DNA of 55,634 nt from an uncultured Bacilli bacterium (GTDB taxonomy: Bacteria; Bacillota_I; Bacilli_A; RFN20; CAG-631), in NCBI GenBank assembly GCA_934215405.1, contig CAKPZU010000002.1, positions 1 to 55,634 on the forward strand, in the 5' to 3' direction. Under the pieces are notes generated by a model. It worked only from the letters and a program-made list of their open reading frames with translations. It searched no databases and was not told the DNA's origin. How positions within the stretch are numbered: the first letter of the stretch is position 1; each line of letters begins with the position of its first letter. Shown piece after piece: positions 38,180 through 47,083 of the stretch. Made by a program: the position numbers and the translations under genes.

Positions 38180-39604
38180 TTATTTTTTCAATATAGATAT
38201 AGTTTCTAGAATTGTTTTTTCAAAGGCTTCCTTACCATATTTATCTACTTCTGCTTTATTTTTCTCACCATGAGTTAAACATCCAGCACCGCCAATACAG
38301 CCACCAATACATGCCATACCTTCAATAAAGTTAGCATCAAGGGTATTTCTAGATTTTTGAAGCAACGCTTGACGGCAAGCCTCAATTCCATCACATGGAA
38401 CAGCCTTTAAATCAAATTGAATATTTTGTTCAAGTAAGCCTTCTTTTACAGCATCAGATAAGCCTCCACTTCTAGCAAAAATTCTTCCATAATAAGAAGC
38501 ATTATCTAATACATCTAAATCAAGAGTCGTAATATCAATATCCTTACTATCAAATAAAGCCTGTAATTCTTCAAAGGTAATTACTGAATCAACATACGGC
38601 TTAACCTCATCCTTTAATATTTCAGCCTTTTTAGCAGTACATGGTCCAATAAATACTACCTTACAAGCTCCTTCATGCTCTTTAATATATTTAGCAATTG
38701 TACCCATAGGCGATAAATTATGAGATACATATTGCTTTAAATCAGGGAATGTTTTTTCAATATATGCAACAAATGCTGGGCAGCAAGAACTAGTTAAAAA
38801 TCCTTTTTCTGCTAATTCTACTGATTCTTTTTGAGCAACCATATCAGCACCAAGTGCAGCTTCAATTACTGTATAGAAGCCAAGCTTTTTAAGTCCTGTA
38901 ATTACTTGTCCTAACTTAGCATATGTAAATTGACTTGAAATAGATGGAGCAACAACAGCAAATACCTTATAGGCTGTATTGTTATTACTCTTCTTTAGCA
39001 TATCAATTACATTTAAAATGTATGACTTATCCATTATAGCACCAAATGGACATTGATATACACAAGCGCCACATGAAATACATTTATTATTGTCAATGCA
39101 TGCTTGCTTTTCATCACCCATGCTAATTGCTTTTATTTTACAAGCAGTTTCACATGGCCTTTTATAATTGTGAATAGCGCTATAAGGACAAACACGAGCA
39201 CACATTCCACATTCCTTACATTTACTCTTATCAATATGAGCAACGTGATTTTCATCAAATGTAATTGCTCCAAATCTACAAGCATCCTCACATCTATGGG
39301 CTAAACAACCTCGACATGCATTAGTTACCTCATATCCACCCATTGGACATTCATCACAAGCTATATCAATAACTTCAATAACGTTGGGATTTTCAGTATT
39401 TCCGCCCATTGCAAGTTTTACACGTTCAGCTAAAATAGCTCTTTCCTTATAAACACAGCAACGCATTGTTGGAATTTTTCCAGGTACGATTCTTTTAGGA
39501 ATATCAATAGCTGTTGTGGCTAATTTATCTTCCCAGGCATCTTTTGCAACCTCGCGAAGTACTCTATATTTCAATAATTGTACTTTTGTATCAAATTTCC
39601 TCAT
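38180..39604 (-). CDS. [FeFe]-hydrogenase-family protein with multiple N-terminal Fe-S cluster motifs (group B-like by my recollection)
   Basis: The H-cluster motifs are TSSCCP (nt 38777-38794), FIGPCTAKKAE and EGMACIGGCIGGAGC. About 19 additional Cys lie in CxxCxxCxxxCP-type ferredoxin motifs upstream. Confidence 0.8.
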   Translation of the reverse strand: MRKFDTKVQLLKYRVLREVAKDAWEDKLATTAIDIPKRIVPGKIPTMRCCVYKERAILAERVKLAMGGNTENPNVIEVIDIACDECPMGGYEVTNACRGCLAHRCEDACRFGAITFDENHVAHIDKSKCKECGMCARVCPYSAIHNYKRPCETACKIKAISMGDEKQACIDNNKCISCGACVYQCPFGAIMDKSYILNVIDMLKKSNNNTAYKVFAVVAPSISSQFTYAKLGQVITGLKKLGFYTVIEAALGADMVAQKESVELAEKGFLTSSCCPAFVAYIEKTFPDLKQYVSHNLSPMGTIAKYIKEHEGACKVVFIGPCTAKKAEILKDEVKPYVDSVITFEELQALFDSKDIDITTLDLDVLDNASYYGRIFARSGGLSDAVKEGLLEQNIQFDLKAVPCDGIEACRQALLQKSRNTLDANFIEGMACIGGCIGGAGCLTHGEKNKAEVDKYGKEAFEKTILETISILKK

Positions 39605-39615
39605 TTTTCTTCCTC

Positions 39616-40788
39616 CTAAAAGTAACTAATTTTAACTTTCTTTCCCATTTGTCTTAAGCATTTTGATAAATCCTCAACTAAATTCATTTTAATACTAAAA
39701 TTAATTGGAAGATTAGGATTTTGATGAGCCGGATTAATAGCTCTACCTACATAAAAGTTAATATCAGTTGCTTCCTCAAACAACAATCTTGCGATAAGTG
39801 AAGCCCCATCATGTCCATAGCTCCACTTTTCATAATATTTATTTTCTCTTAATGAATCCTTAGCATATTCAAGAACCTTATTAATAGTAATAACACCTTC
39901 AGTTACTAAATCAACGCCTTCTATTTCAGCAATTGGAGGAACATCGCTTTCAACATATTGTAAGCTAGCCTTAATAGGCTTGTTTAAATACTTGGCAACT
40001 AATGATGATGTAGTTCCACCACAAACAATATGCTTTCCTTCCTTTGAGAAGAATAAAGCCATCATTTTGTTTGTATCATCCTTGTTAGCTGAAGGGCCAA
40101 ACAAAATATTCATTGGAACCCTTTGCTTTAATTTAATAACACAAGCAGTAGCATCATCACCAGGCTTATAACCATATAGCTTATTACATTCATCAACTAA
40201 AATAGTTGCATATGTTTTAGCACTATAGCCAGTTGGAGCTATTGCCTCCATAAAGGAAATAATATCTTCTCTTTTCCAGCCTAAATTATATTTAATTCCA
40301 AGTCCAGCATGAGGACAACCATCACTCATAGCAATAATTAAGTCACCCTCATATAGCTTAATATTTGATTTATAAATCTTTTTCCCACCAATAGTCATTT
40401 CAGTTTTTGAATAATCATAATTAACATTATCTCTTAATAAAATAACCTGTGGATTATCATATTGAATAATTTCAGCTTCTTTATTATCAATTATATGAAT
40501 AATTGTAAATGTTGAATAAGCAACACCTCTTACTGAACAAATTGGTAATGTGGCTGCAACTGTTTCAACACAATCCTCAAGTGATAAGCCTTCAGCCATT
40601 AAGGTTGAAATAATTTTTGAGGTTAATGTTGATAAAATACTAGCTTTAACACCACTGCCAAGTCCATCTGCTAAAACCACAACTGTTGAATCTTCATTTT
40701 TTTCGATAACATCTACGTGATCACCACATAGCTGTTCTCCACTATGGTTAATACTTTTATAACCTATATCAACGCATAAATCATTCAT
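39616..40788 (-). CDS. SpoIIE-family PP2C-type protein phosphatase with uncharacterised C-terminal domain
   Basis: It has the CGDHVD, ADGLGSGVKAS, MSDGC and GDDATAC motifs. About 170 further residues (VCGGTTS...DLVTEGV...) have no family I recognise. It overlaps the hydS stop by 8 nt (ATGAATGA). Confidence 0.8.
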   Translation of the reverse strand: MNDLCVDIGYKSINHSGEQLCGDHVDVIEKNEDSTVVVLADGLGSGVKASILSTLTSKIISTLMAEGLSLEDCVETVAATLPICSVRGVAYSTFTIIHIIDNKEAEIIQYDNPQVILLRDNVNYDYSKTEMTIGGKKIYKSNIKLYEGDLIIAMSDGCPHAGLGIKYNLGWKREDIISFMEAIAPTGYSAKTYATILVDECNKLYGYKPGDDATACVIKLKQRVPMNILFGPSANKDDTNKMMALFFSKEGKHIVCGGTTSSLVAKYLNKPIKASLQYVESDVPPIAEIEGVDLVTEGVITINKVLEYAKDSLRENKYYEKWSYGHDGASLIARLLFEEATDINFYVGRAINPAHQNPNLPINFSIKMNLVEDLSKCLRQMGKKVKISYF

Positions 40789-42457
40789 TTGAAATTGACT
40801 CCTTTAGCTTTGTTAAAGCAATTTTTGTTTCAGCAGCAGTTTCACCAAGAAGTGAAGCTATTTCTTGAACAATTCTCATTTGCTTATCAACAACCTTATC
40901 AGCAATTTCAACTGTTTGACGACTTATATTTTCTTTCTTTTCTTTTTCATTTTCTTCATCTGTCACATCACGAATAATACAAATAAGCAAGTGATATGTC
41001 TTATCATGAATTATTGTTTGTTCAACATATTTTTGATACTCAGTTAAATAAACTCTATTGTTTCTTACTTCTCCTTTATCTTCTAAAACATCTAAAAATA
41101 AAGAAGGGTCTAAAATTCTAACAACTGGTTCTCCTAATACATCAGAAGCTGAATTAATATTCATAATTCTTCTTGCTGCAGCATTAATTTGTTGAACCTC
41201 TAGGCTTTCATTTAATACTAATAAGCCATTTGGAGTATTATTAACTATACAATCAGAAAAGCTTTCAGCCTTCTCCTTTAAATATGGTAGACACATAGAA
41301 ATTTCAGCCTTACCTTGTAAAATAGCGATGGCCTTTTCACGACAAGTATCATAACCACATGAGCCACAATTTAATTCATCCTCTTTTTTAATTTTTCCCA
41401 TTTGACGTAAAACAGAGTTAATTTCCATTTCAGTTGGCTGAACTAGCTTTTTAGGAATTGGAGCAAATTGCTTTTTAACCTCATAGCTATTGGGTTGTAA
41501 TACTTGGAAATCCTTCTTTCCGGCATATTTTGAAATAGCAATATAATCCTTTACTAAAGAATGGTGCTGCTTTTCAATAATAGGGCCAGCAATGCAGCTT
41601 CCTACACAAGCAGACATTTCAATAAAGCAATTATGAATTAAGCCATTAGCTAAATCCTTTAAGGTTGAAATACAATTTTCAACGCCATCAATTGCTAAAT
41701 AAGTGTATTTTTTATTTTCTTTGGCCATTGTCTTTAAAATGCCACCAGTAGTTGGGAAAAATCTTGTTAATGTTTGATCATTATTATCAAGATTTTCTTT
41801 TAATTCAATATTTCTTTCATTTAACCATTTTGTTAATTCTTCAAATGTTAAAACAGCATCAACAATTCCTTCATAATATTCAGCCTCATCCTTTTTAGCA
41901 ACACAAGGGCCAATGAAAACAACCTTAGCATTTGGTATTCTTTTTTTAATATCTAATGCGTGTGCCTGCATTGGTGATAAAACATCAGCTAAATATGGAA
42001 GTTGCTGTGGAAAATATTTTTGAATTAGTAAATTAATAGAGTGACAGCAAGATGATATTACTACATCTCTATCCTCTTCATTTAAAATTCGATCATATTC
42101 TTTTTTTACAATTGTTGCCCCAATGGCTGTTTCTTCAACATCATAAAAGCCAAGTTGCTTTAAAGCATTTCTCATACCATTAATTCCAACATTTTCATAA
42201 TTAACAGCAAAAGAAGGAGCAAGGCTTACAACAATTGGATTATCAAGCTGAAGTAAAACCTTAACCTTTTCTATTTCACTTGTAATTTCTTTTGCATTTT
42301 GTGGGCAAACGACAAAACAATGACCACATAAAATGCATTCATTGTTTATAATATGAGCTTGATTAGCAGAAAATCTAATTGATTTAACTGGACAATGACG
42401 AATACATTTATAACAATTTTTACAATTAGATTTTTTTAATGTCAAACAATTAGACAT
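40781..42457 (-). CDS. hydS: putative sensory [FeFe]-hydrogenase (HydS-type, group C-like) with C-terminal PAS domain
   Basis: It has two N-terminal CxxCxxCxxxCP motifs. The H-domain variant motifs are SSCCH (nt 42041-42055), FIGPCVAKKDE and EMSACVGSC. An extra Cx2Cx4Cx16C motif spans C364-C389, followed by a PAS-like region at about residues 400-500. Confidence 0.82.
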   Translation of the reverse strand: MSNCLTLKKSNCKNCYKCIRHCPVKSIRFSANQAHIINNECILCGHCFVVCPQNAKEITSEIEKVKVLLQLDNPIVVSLAPSFAVNYENVGINGMRNALKQLGFYDVEETAIGATIVKKEYDRILNEEDRDVVISSCCHSINLLIQKYFPQQLPYLADVLSPMQAHALDIKKRIPNAKVVFIGPCVAKKDEAEYYEGIVDAVLTFEELTKWLNERNIELKENLDNNDQTLTRFFPTTGGILKTMAKENKKYTYLAIDGVENCISTLKDLANGLIHNCFIEMSACVGSCIAGPIIEKQHHSLVKDYIAISKYAGKKDFQVLQPNSYEVKKQFAPIPKKLVQPTEMEINSVLRQMGKIKKEDELNCGSCGYDTCREKAIAILQGKAEISMCLPYLKEKAESFSDCIVNNTPNGLLVLNESLEVQQINAAARRIMNINSASDVLGEPVVRILDPSLFLDVLEDKGEVRNNRVYLTEYQKYVEQTIIHDKTYHLLICIIRDVTDEENEKEKKENISRQTVEIADKVVDKQMRIVQEIASLLGETAAETKIALTKLKESISNE

Positions 42458-42470
42458 AATTATCTCCTTT

Positions 42471-42725
42471 TTAATTACCTAAAATAGGTAGAATTTTATC
42501 ATGCCAAAACATTTCAAAATTTTCTTTATTAATACCAGTATAAGTGCAACCATTGACTTCAATGGTTACACCTACACGATTACACTTTCCTAAGCAGAAG
42601 CTACCAGAAAGCTCAATTTTATCTTTCAAATTACCATTTTCAATTTTCTTTAGAATCATATCAATTAATTCCTCGGAGCCTTTTAAATGGCATGAACTAC
42701 CAACACAAATCTTAACTTCAACCAT
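42471..42725 (-). CDS. thioredoxin-like [2Fe-2S] ferredoxin (copy 2)
   Basis: 84 aa with the Cys pattern C-x4-C ... C-x3-C (CVGSSC ... CLGKC). It is a paralogue of the adjacent gene and lies 2 nt downstream of it. Confidence 0.68.
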   Translation of the reverse strand: MVEVKICVGSSCHLKGSEELIDMILKKIENGNLKDKIELSGSFCLGKCNRVGVTIEVNGCTYTGINKENFEMFWHDKILPILGN

Positions 42726-42727
42726 TT

Positions 42728-42970
42728 TTATACTCTTGGTAAAACTTCTTTTTCAAAGAAATCCTTAACTGTTTCAGGGCTTACTGAAAATAATTCATCA
42801 TTTACAGTAACACAAACACCTTGTTGACATTTACCCATACAGAATGTTCCACCAAGTTCAACTTTATCTTTTAAATTGTTTTTAGCAATTAAATATTGTA
42901 ATTGCTCAACTACTTGACGAGAACCTTTAATGTGACATGAACTACCAATACAAATTGTTACCTTTACCAT
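42728..42970 (-). CDS. thioredoxin-like [2Fe-2S] ferredoxin (copy 1)
   Basis: 80 aa with CIGSSC ... CMGKC, the same fold signature as copy 2. Confidence 0.68.
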   Translation of the reverse strand: MVKVTICIGSSCHIKGSRQVVEQLQYLIAKNNLKDKVELGGTFCMGKCQQGVCVTVNDELFSVSPETVKDFFEKEVLPRV

Positions 42971-42987
42971 TTTATTTGCTCCTTTAA

Positions 42988-43737
42988 TTATTCATAATCA
43001 ACAACTTTAGCCCAAGATAATAGGAATTCACGTTCTTCCTTATTACCTTTTACTGATTGAGATGCAGCAACGATTGGCATCCATTTTTGGATGTATTGCT
43101 TTGCTGTATTTGTCTTCTTGCAGAATAAATCTAAATATTCATTAGCGCCATCAATATCGCCAGCTAACCAGAATAATAAGTATGTTCTAGCTACATCAGC
43201 TGAAGCATTACCTTGAGTTGCATGAGACCAGTCTGTAACATATGCCTTACCATCATCACCAATAATGATATTTGATGGATTAAAGTCACCATGGCATAGC
43301 TTAGTGTGCTTTGGCATACCTTCAAGACGAGAATGTAAATCATAACGAGTTGTAGCATCTAAATCAGCTTGAGAGATTTTTCTATTCATTTTATCTTTAA
43401 GCTTAGTTAATAATGGACAGCTCTTAGATTGAACTTCAATTTGTAAATCAACAAATAATTCTAGATATTCATGCTTCTTTTCTGGGTTTTCTTTCATTAA
43501 TCTTTCAAGTGTTTTACCACTAATATAATTAGATACGATAGCCCATTTTCCATCAATAGTAGTTACCTCTTTTACATGAGGAATGTTTAAGCCAGTTTCT
43601 TCAACACGTGCTTGATTTAAAGCCTCATTTAAAATATCAGCTTTAGAAAAATCACTGTCAAAGACCTTAATGTAATTATCGCCGTCACGGTAAATAGTTT
43701 TATTATTTCTTACGGCAATTACTCTATCTAAGTTCAT
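42988..43737 (-). CDS. APH/choline-kinase-fold phosphotransferase (kinase-like)
   Basis: It has the catalytic loop LCHGDFNPSNIII, a metal-binding D in YVTDWS and a candidate ATP-binding Lys in NYIKVF. There is no Gly-rich loop. 249 aa. Confidence 0.72.
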   Translation of the reverse strand: MNLDRVIAVRNNKTIYRDGDNYIKVFDSDFSKADILNEALNQARVEETGLNIPHVKEVTTIDGKWAIVSNYISGKTLERLMKENPEKKHEYLELFVDLQIEVQSKSCPLLTKLKDKMNRKISQADLDATTRYDLHSRLEGMPKHTKLCHGDFNPSNIIIGDDGKAYVTDWSHATQGNASADVARTYLLFWLAGDIDGANEYLDLFCKKTNTAKQYIQKWMPIVAASQSVKGNKEEREFLLSWAKVVDYE

Positions 43738-43755
43738 ATTTATGCCTCCTTAAAA

Positions 43756-46431
43756 TTACTTACGAACTGATCTTTTTGATTTATTATCTTTATTATATTC
43801 TGGAATTGCTTTTTCTTCAAATGTTTTATTTCCATAATATGCATTTAAATACATTTGCTTAATTTCACTCATTAATGGGTAACGAGGGTTAGCACCTGTA
43901 CATTGATCATCAAATGCTTGTTCAACCATTTCATCAAGTTTTTCTAGGAAGTATGCTTCATCTGGAACATAATCTTTAATTGTTGGTTTAATTCCAACTC
44001 TTGCTTTTAATTCATCTATTGCTTTAATTAGATTATCTAATTTTTCTTGATCATTCTTTCCTTTAATTCCTAAATAATCAGCTACTTCTGCATAACGATG
44101 TAAAGTATGTGGATGATCATATTGAGGGAATGTTCCCATCTTTGCTGGTACCTCGGCTGCATTAAATCTTAATACTTCATCAAGCATTAAAGCGTTAGCA
44201 ACACCATGAGCAATGTGGTGGAAAGCACCAAGCTTATGAGCCATTGAGTGACATACACCTAAGAAAGCATTAGCAAATGCCATACCGGCCATAGTAGCTG
44301 CATTAGCCATTTTTTCTCTTGCTTCAACATCTGTTTGACCATTGTCATAAGCACGAGGTAAATATTCAAAGATTGTCTTTAATGATTTTAAAGCTAAGCC
44401 GTCTGTATAATCAGTTGCCATCATTGAAGCAATTGCTTCTAAGTTATGGCTTACAGCATCAATACCACTAGCAGCAGTTAAGCCTCTTGGAGCTGACATA
44501 TGGAAATCAGTATCAATAATAGCCATATTAGGTAATAATTCATAATCAGCAAGTGGATATTTAACATGGCTTACTTCATCTGTAATAACGGCAAATGGAG
44601 TAACCTCAGAACCAGTACCTGCAGATGTTGGAATAGCGATAAAGTATGCTTTTTCACCCATCTTAGGGAAAGTATATACACGTTTTCTAATATCCATGAA
44701 ACGCATAGCCATATCCATAAAGTCAACCTCTGGATGTTCATACATAACCCACATAATCTTACCAGCGTCCATTGCAGAACCACCACCTAATGCGATAATG
44801 CAATCAGGCTTAAATGTTCTCATTTGTTCAGCACCAGCTTTTGCACAAGCAAGTGTTGGATCTGGTTCTACATCGAAGAATGTAGTATGTTCGATTCCCA
44901 TTTGATCAAGCTTATCTGTAATTGGCTTTGTATAACCATGACTATATAAGAAATTATCTGTAACGATAAAGCATTTTTTCTTACCCATTACTGTCTTTAA
45001 TTCATCTAAAGCAACTGGTAAGCAACCTTTTTTAATATAAATCTTTTGTGGAGCTCTAAACCAAAGCATATTTTCTCTCCTTTCAGCTACTGTTTTAATA
45101 TTGATTAAATGCTTAACTCCAACGTTTTCACTAACTGAGTTTCCACCCCAGCTACCACAACCTAGTGTTAAAGATGGAGTTAATTTAAAGTTATATAAAT
45201 CACCAATACCACCTTGAGATGAAGGAGTATTAACTAAAATACGACATGTTTTCATTCTTTCTTCAAATTCAGCAAGCTTAGCTTGTTGAGTCTTAACATC
45301 TAAGTAAATTGAAGAAGTATGGCCATAGCCACCATCAGCGATTAAATGCTCAGCCTTGCTAAATGCATCTTCAATATCCTTTGCTTTATACATAGCTAGT
45401 ACTGGAGAAAGCTTTTCATGAGCAAATTCTTCTGAAATATCAACGCTTTCAACTTCACCAATTAAAATCTTAGTACCTTCTGGTACACTAACACCTGCTA
45501 AAGCAGCAATTTTTACTGGAGCTTGTCCAACGATTTTAGCATTTAAAGCGCCATTAATAATAATTGTTTTTCTAACTTTTTCAGTTTCTTCAGGATTTAA
45601 GAAGTAACAGCCTCTTTTAGCAAATTCTTCTTTTACCTTATCATAAACACCTTCAAGAACGATAACTGATTGTTCTGATGCACAAATCATACCATTATCA
45701 AAAGTTTTACTATGAATAATTGAGTTAACAGCTAAAATGATATTAGCAGAATCATCAATAATTGCAGGAGTATTACCAGCTCCAACACCAAGTGCTGGTT
45801 TTCCACTACTATAAGCAGCCTTAACCATACCAGGTCCACCTGTTGCTAAAATAATATCTGCTTCCTTCATTAATAAATTAGTCATTTCAAGAGATGGAAT
45901 ATCAATCCAACCAATAATGCCTTCTGGTGCTCCAGCTTTTACTGCAGCCTCAAGTACAACCTTTGCAGCAGCAATTGTTGAATTCTTAGCTCTTGGATGT
46001 GGACTAATAATAATACCATTTCTTGTCTTTAAAGAAATTAAAGTCTTAAAAATAGCTGTTGAGGTTGGGTTTGTTGTTGGAATAACAGCAGCAACTAAGC
46101 CAATTGGCTCAGCAATCTTTTTAATACCATAAGCAGTATCTTCTTCTAATACTCCACAAGTCTTAACATGACGATAAGCATTGTAGATATATTCAGCTGC
46201 ATAATGGTTCTTAATAATTTTATCTTCTACGACACCCATTCCAGTTTCTTCAACTGCTAGCTTTGCAAGAGGAATTCTCATCTTATCTGCAGCACAAGCG
46301 GCAGCAAAGAAAATCTTATCAACTTGTTCTTGTGTGTAAGTAGCAAAAACTTCTTGAGCCTTTCTAACTCTTGCTATTGCCTTTTCAAGAGCTTCAACAC
46401 CATCTACTATTTCATATTTTTTTTCTTCCAT
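43756..46431 (-). CDS. adhE: bifunctional acetaldehyde-CoA/alcohol dehydrogenase
   Basis: An N-terminal aldehyde dehydrogenase domain is followed by a C-terminal iron-type alcohol dehydrogenase (ALGGGSAMDAGK, CHSMAHKLGAFHHIAHG). The start is set at MEEKKYEIV behind the RBS GGAGAG. The ORF extension to 46473 would overlap rex. Confidence 0.95.
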   Translation of the reverse strand: MEEKKYEIVDGVEALEKAIARVRKAQEVFATYTQEQVDKIFFAAACAADKMRIPLAKLAVEETGMGVVEDKIIKNHYAAEYIYNAYRHVKTCGVLEEDTAYGIKKIAEPIGLVAAVIPTTNPTSTAIFKTLISLKTRNGIIISPHPRAKNSTIAAAKVVLEAAVKAGAPEGIIGWIDIPSLEMTNLLMKEADIILATGGPGMVKAAYSSGKPALGVGAGNTPAIIDDSANIILAVNSIIHSKTFDNGMICASEQSVIVLEGVYDKVKEEFAKRGCYFLNPEETEKVRKTIIINGALNAKIVGQAPVKIAALAGVSVPEGTKILIGEVESVDISEEFAHEKLSPVLAMYKAKDIEDAFSKAEHLIADGGYGHTSSIYLDVKTQQAKLAEFEERMKTCRILVNTPSSQGGIGDLYNFKLTPSLTLGCGSWGGNSVSENVGVKHLINIKTVAERRENMLWFRAPQKIYIKKGCLPVALDELKTVMGKKKCFIVTDNFLYSHGYTKPITDKLDQMGIEHTTFFDVEPDPTLACAKAGAEQMRTFKPDCIIALGGGSAMDAGKIMWVMYEHPEVDFMDMAMRFMDIRKRVYTFPKMGEKAYFIAIPTSAGTGSEVTPFAVITDEVSHVKYPLADYELLPNMAIIDTDFHMSAPRGLTAASGIDAVSHNLEAIASMMATDYTDGLALKSLKTIFEYLPRAYDNGQTDVEAREKMANAATMAGMAFANAFLGVCHSMAHKLGAFHHIAHGVANALMLDEVLRFNAAEVPAKMGTFPQYDHPHTLHRYAEVADYLGIKGKNDQEKLDNLIKAIDELKARVGIKPTIKDYVPDEAYFLEKLDEMVEQAFDDQCTGANPRYPLMSEIKQMYLNAYYGNKTFEEKAIPEYNKDNKSKRSVRK

Positions 46432-46447
46432 ATTAACTCTCCTTTTT

Positions 46448-47059
46448 TTATATATTTGCTGCAAGTGCGGCAAGCGATGCAGCCATATTTTCTTCTTTTA
46501 CCTTGACATTTTCAGGAACCTTTAATTTTACTGGTGAAAAGTTCCATATTGCCTTTATGTTTAAAGATACTAACAAATCACATATTGCTTGAGCATCTTT
46601 TTCACCAACAGTAATGATACCAATTGAGATATCTTCTTTTTTACAATACTCTTTTAAATCACTAAGTGGAAAGACATTTGTTCTATTAAATGAACCATTA
46701 TAATTAATTTCAAATTTAGCTTTTATAAAAATATTATATTCACTAAAGCTTTCATCTAATAATAATGCACTATCGAAATGACTACCACCAACTATTATTG
46801 CGTTTTTCATTTTAACACAATCTAATGCTTCCATAATCTTCATTACTAGCTCATTCTTGTTATAACCAATTTTAGGTTTCCCTGTGCCACTTACCATTGC
46901 TAAATCTTTTCTAACTAAAACTTCGCCATATCCTACAATTTTTGCAAGTTTAACTGAAGACACCATTTCATTATCTTTAAACATATCTGATTTCAAATAG
47001 TGTAAATAAGTTGGTAATCTTTCTATAACAGATTTAGGAATTTTCTTTTCGCACATCAT
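46448..47059 (-). CDS. rex: Rex-like redox-sensing transcriptional repressor with atypical dinucleotide loop
   Basis: It has the N-terminal winged-helix signature IPKSVIERLPTYLHYL and Rossmann-like C-terminal domain length and order. The glycine loop reads VGGSHFD (nt 46772-46789) instead of GxGxxG. The RBS AAGGAGGG is upstream. The start may be the second ATG (47056). Confidence 0.78.
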   Translation of the reverse strand: MMCEKKIPKSVIERLPTYLHYLKSDMFKDNEMVSSVKLAKIVGYGEVLVRKDLAMVSGTGKPKIGYNKNELVMKIMEALDCVKMKNAIIVGGSHFDSALLLDESFSEYNIFIKAKFEINYNGSFNRTNVFPLSDLKEYCKKEDISIGIITVGEKDAQAICDLLVSLNIKAIWNFSPVKLKVPENVKVKEENMAASLAALAANI

Positions 47060-47083
47060 ATCCCTCCTTACCTTATCGATATA

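Noticed and set aside
42988-46431. The visibly higher G+C content of adhE and the adjacent kinase gene relative to their neighbours, considered as a horizontal-transfer signal.
   Set aside because: It is more simply explained by strong sequence conservation and the codon bias of a highly expressed fermentation gene. There are no flanking repeats or mobility genes.
46432-46473. The longer adhE start (MPHLQQIYKKRRVN…). The same applies to the longer starts of the yfcE-like gene (47711-47749) and the epimerase gene (23552-23572), and to the GTG start at 51663 of the surface protein.
   Set aside because: In each case an internal ATG has a proper Shine-Dalgarno sequence, gives the family-typical N-terminus and removes an overlap with the upstream gene.
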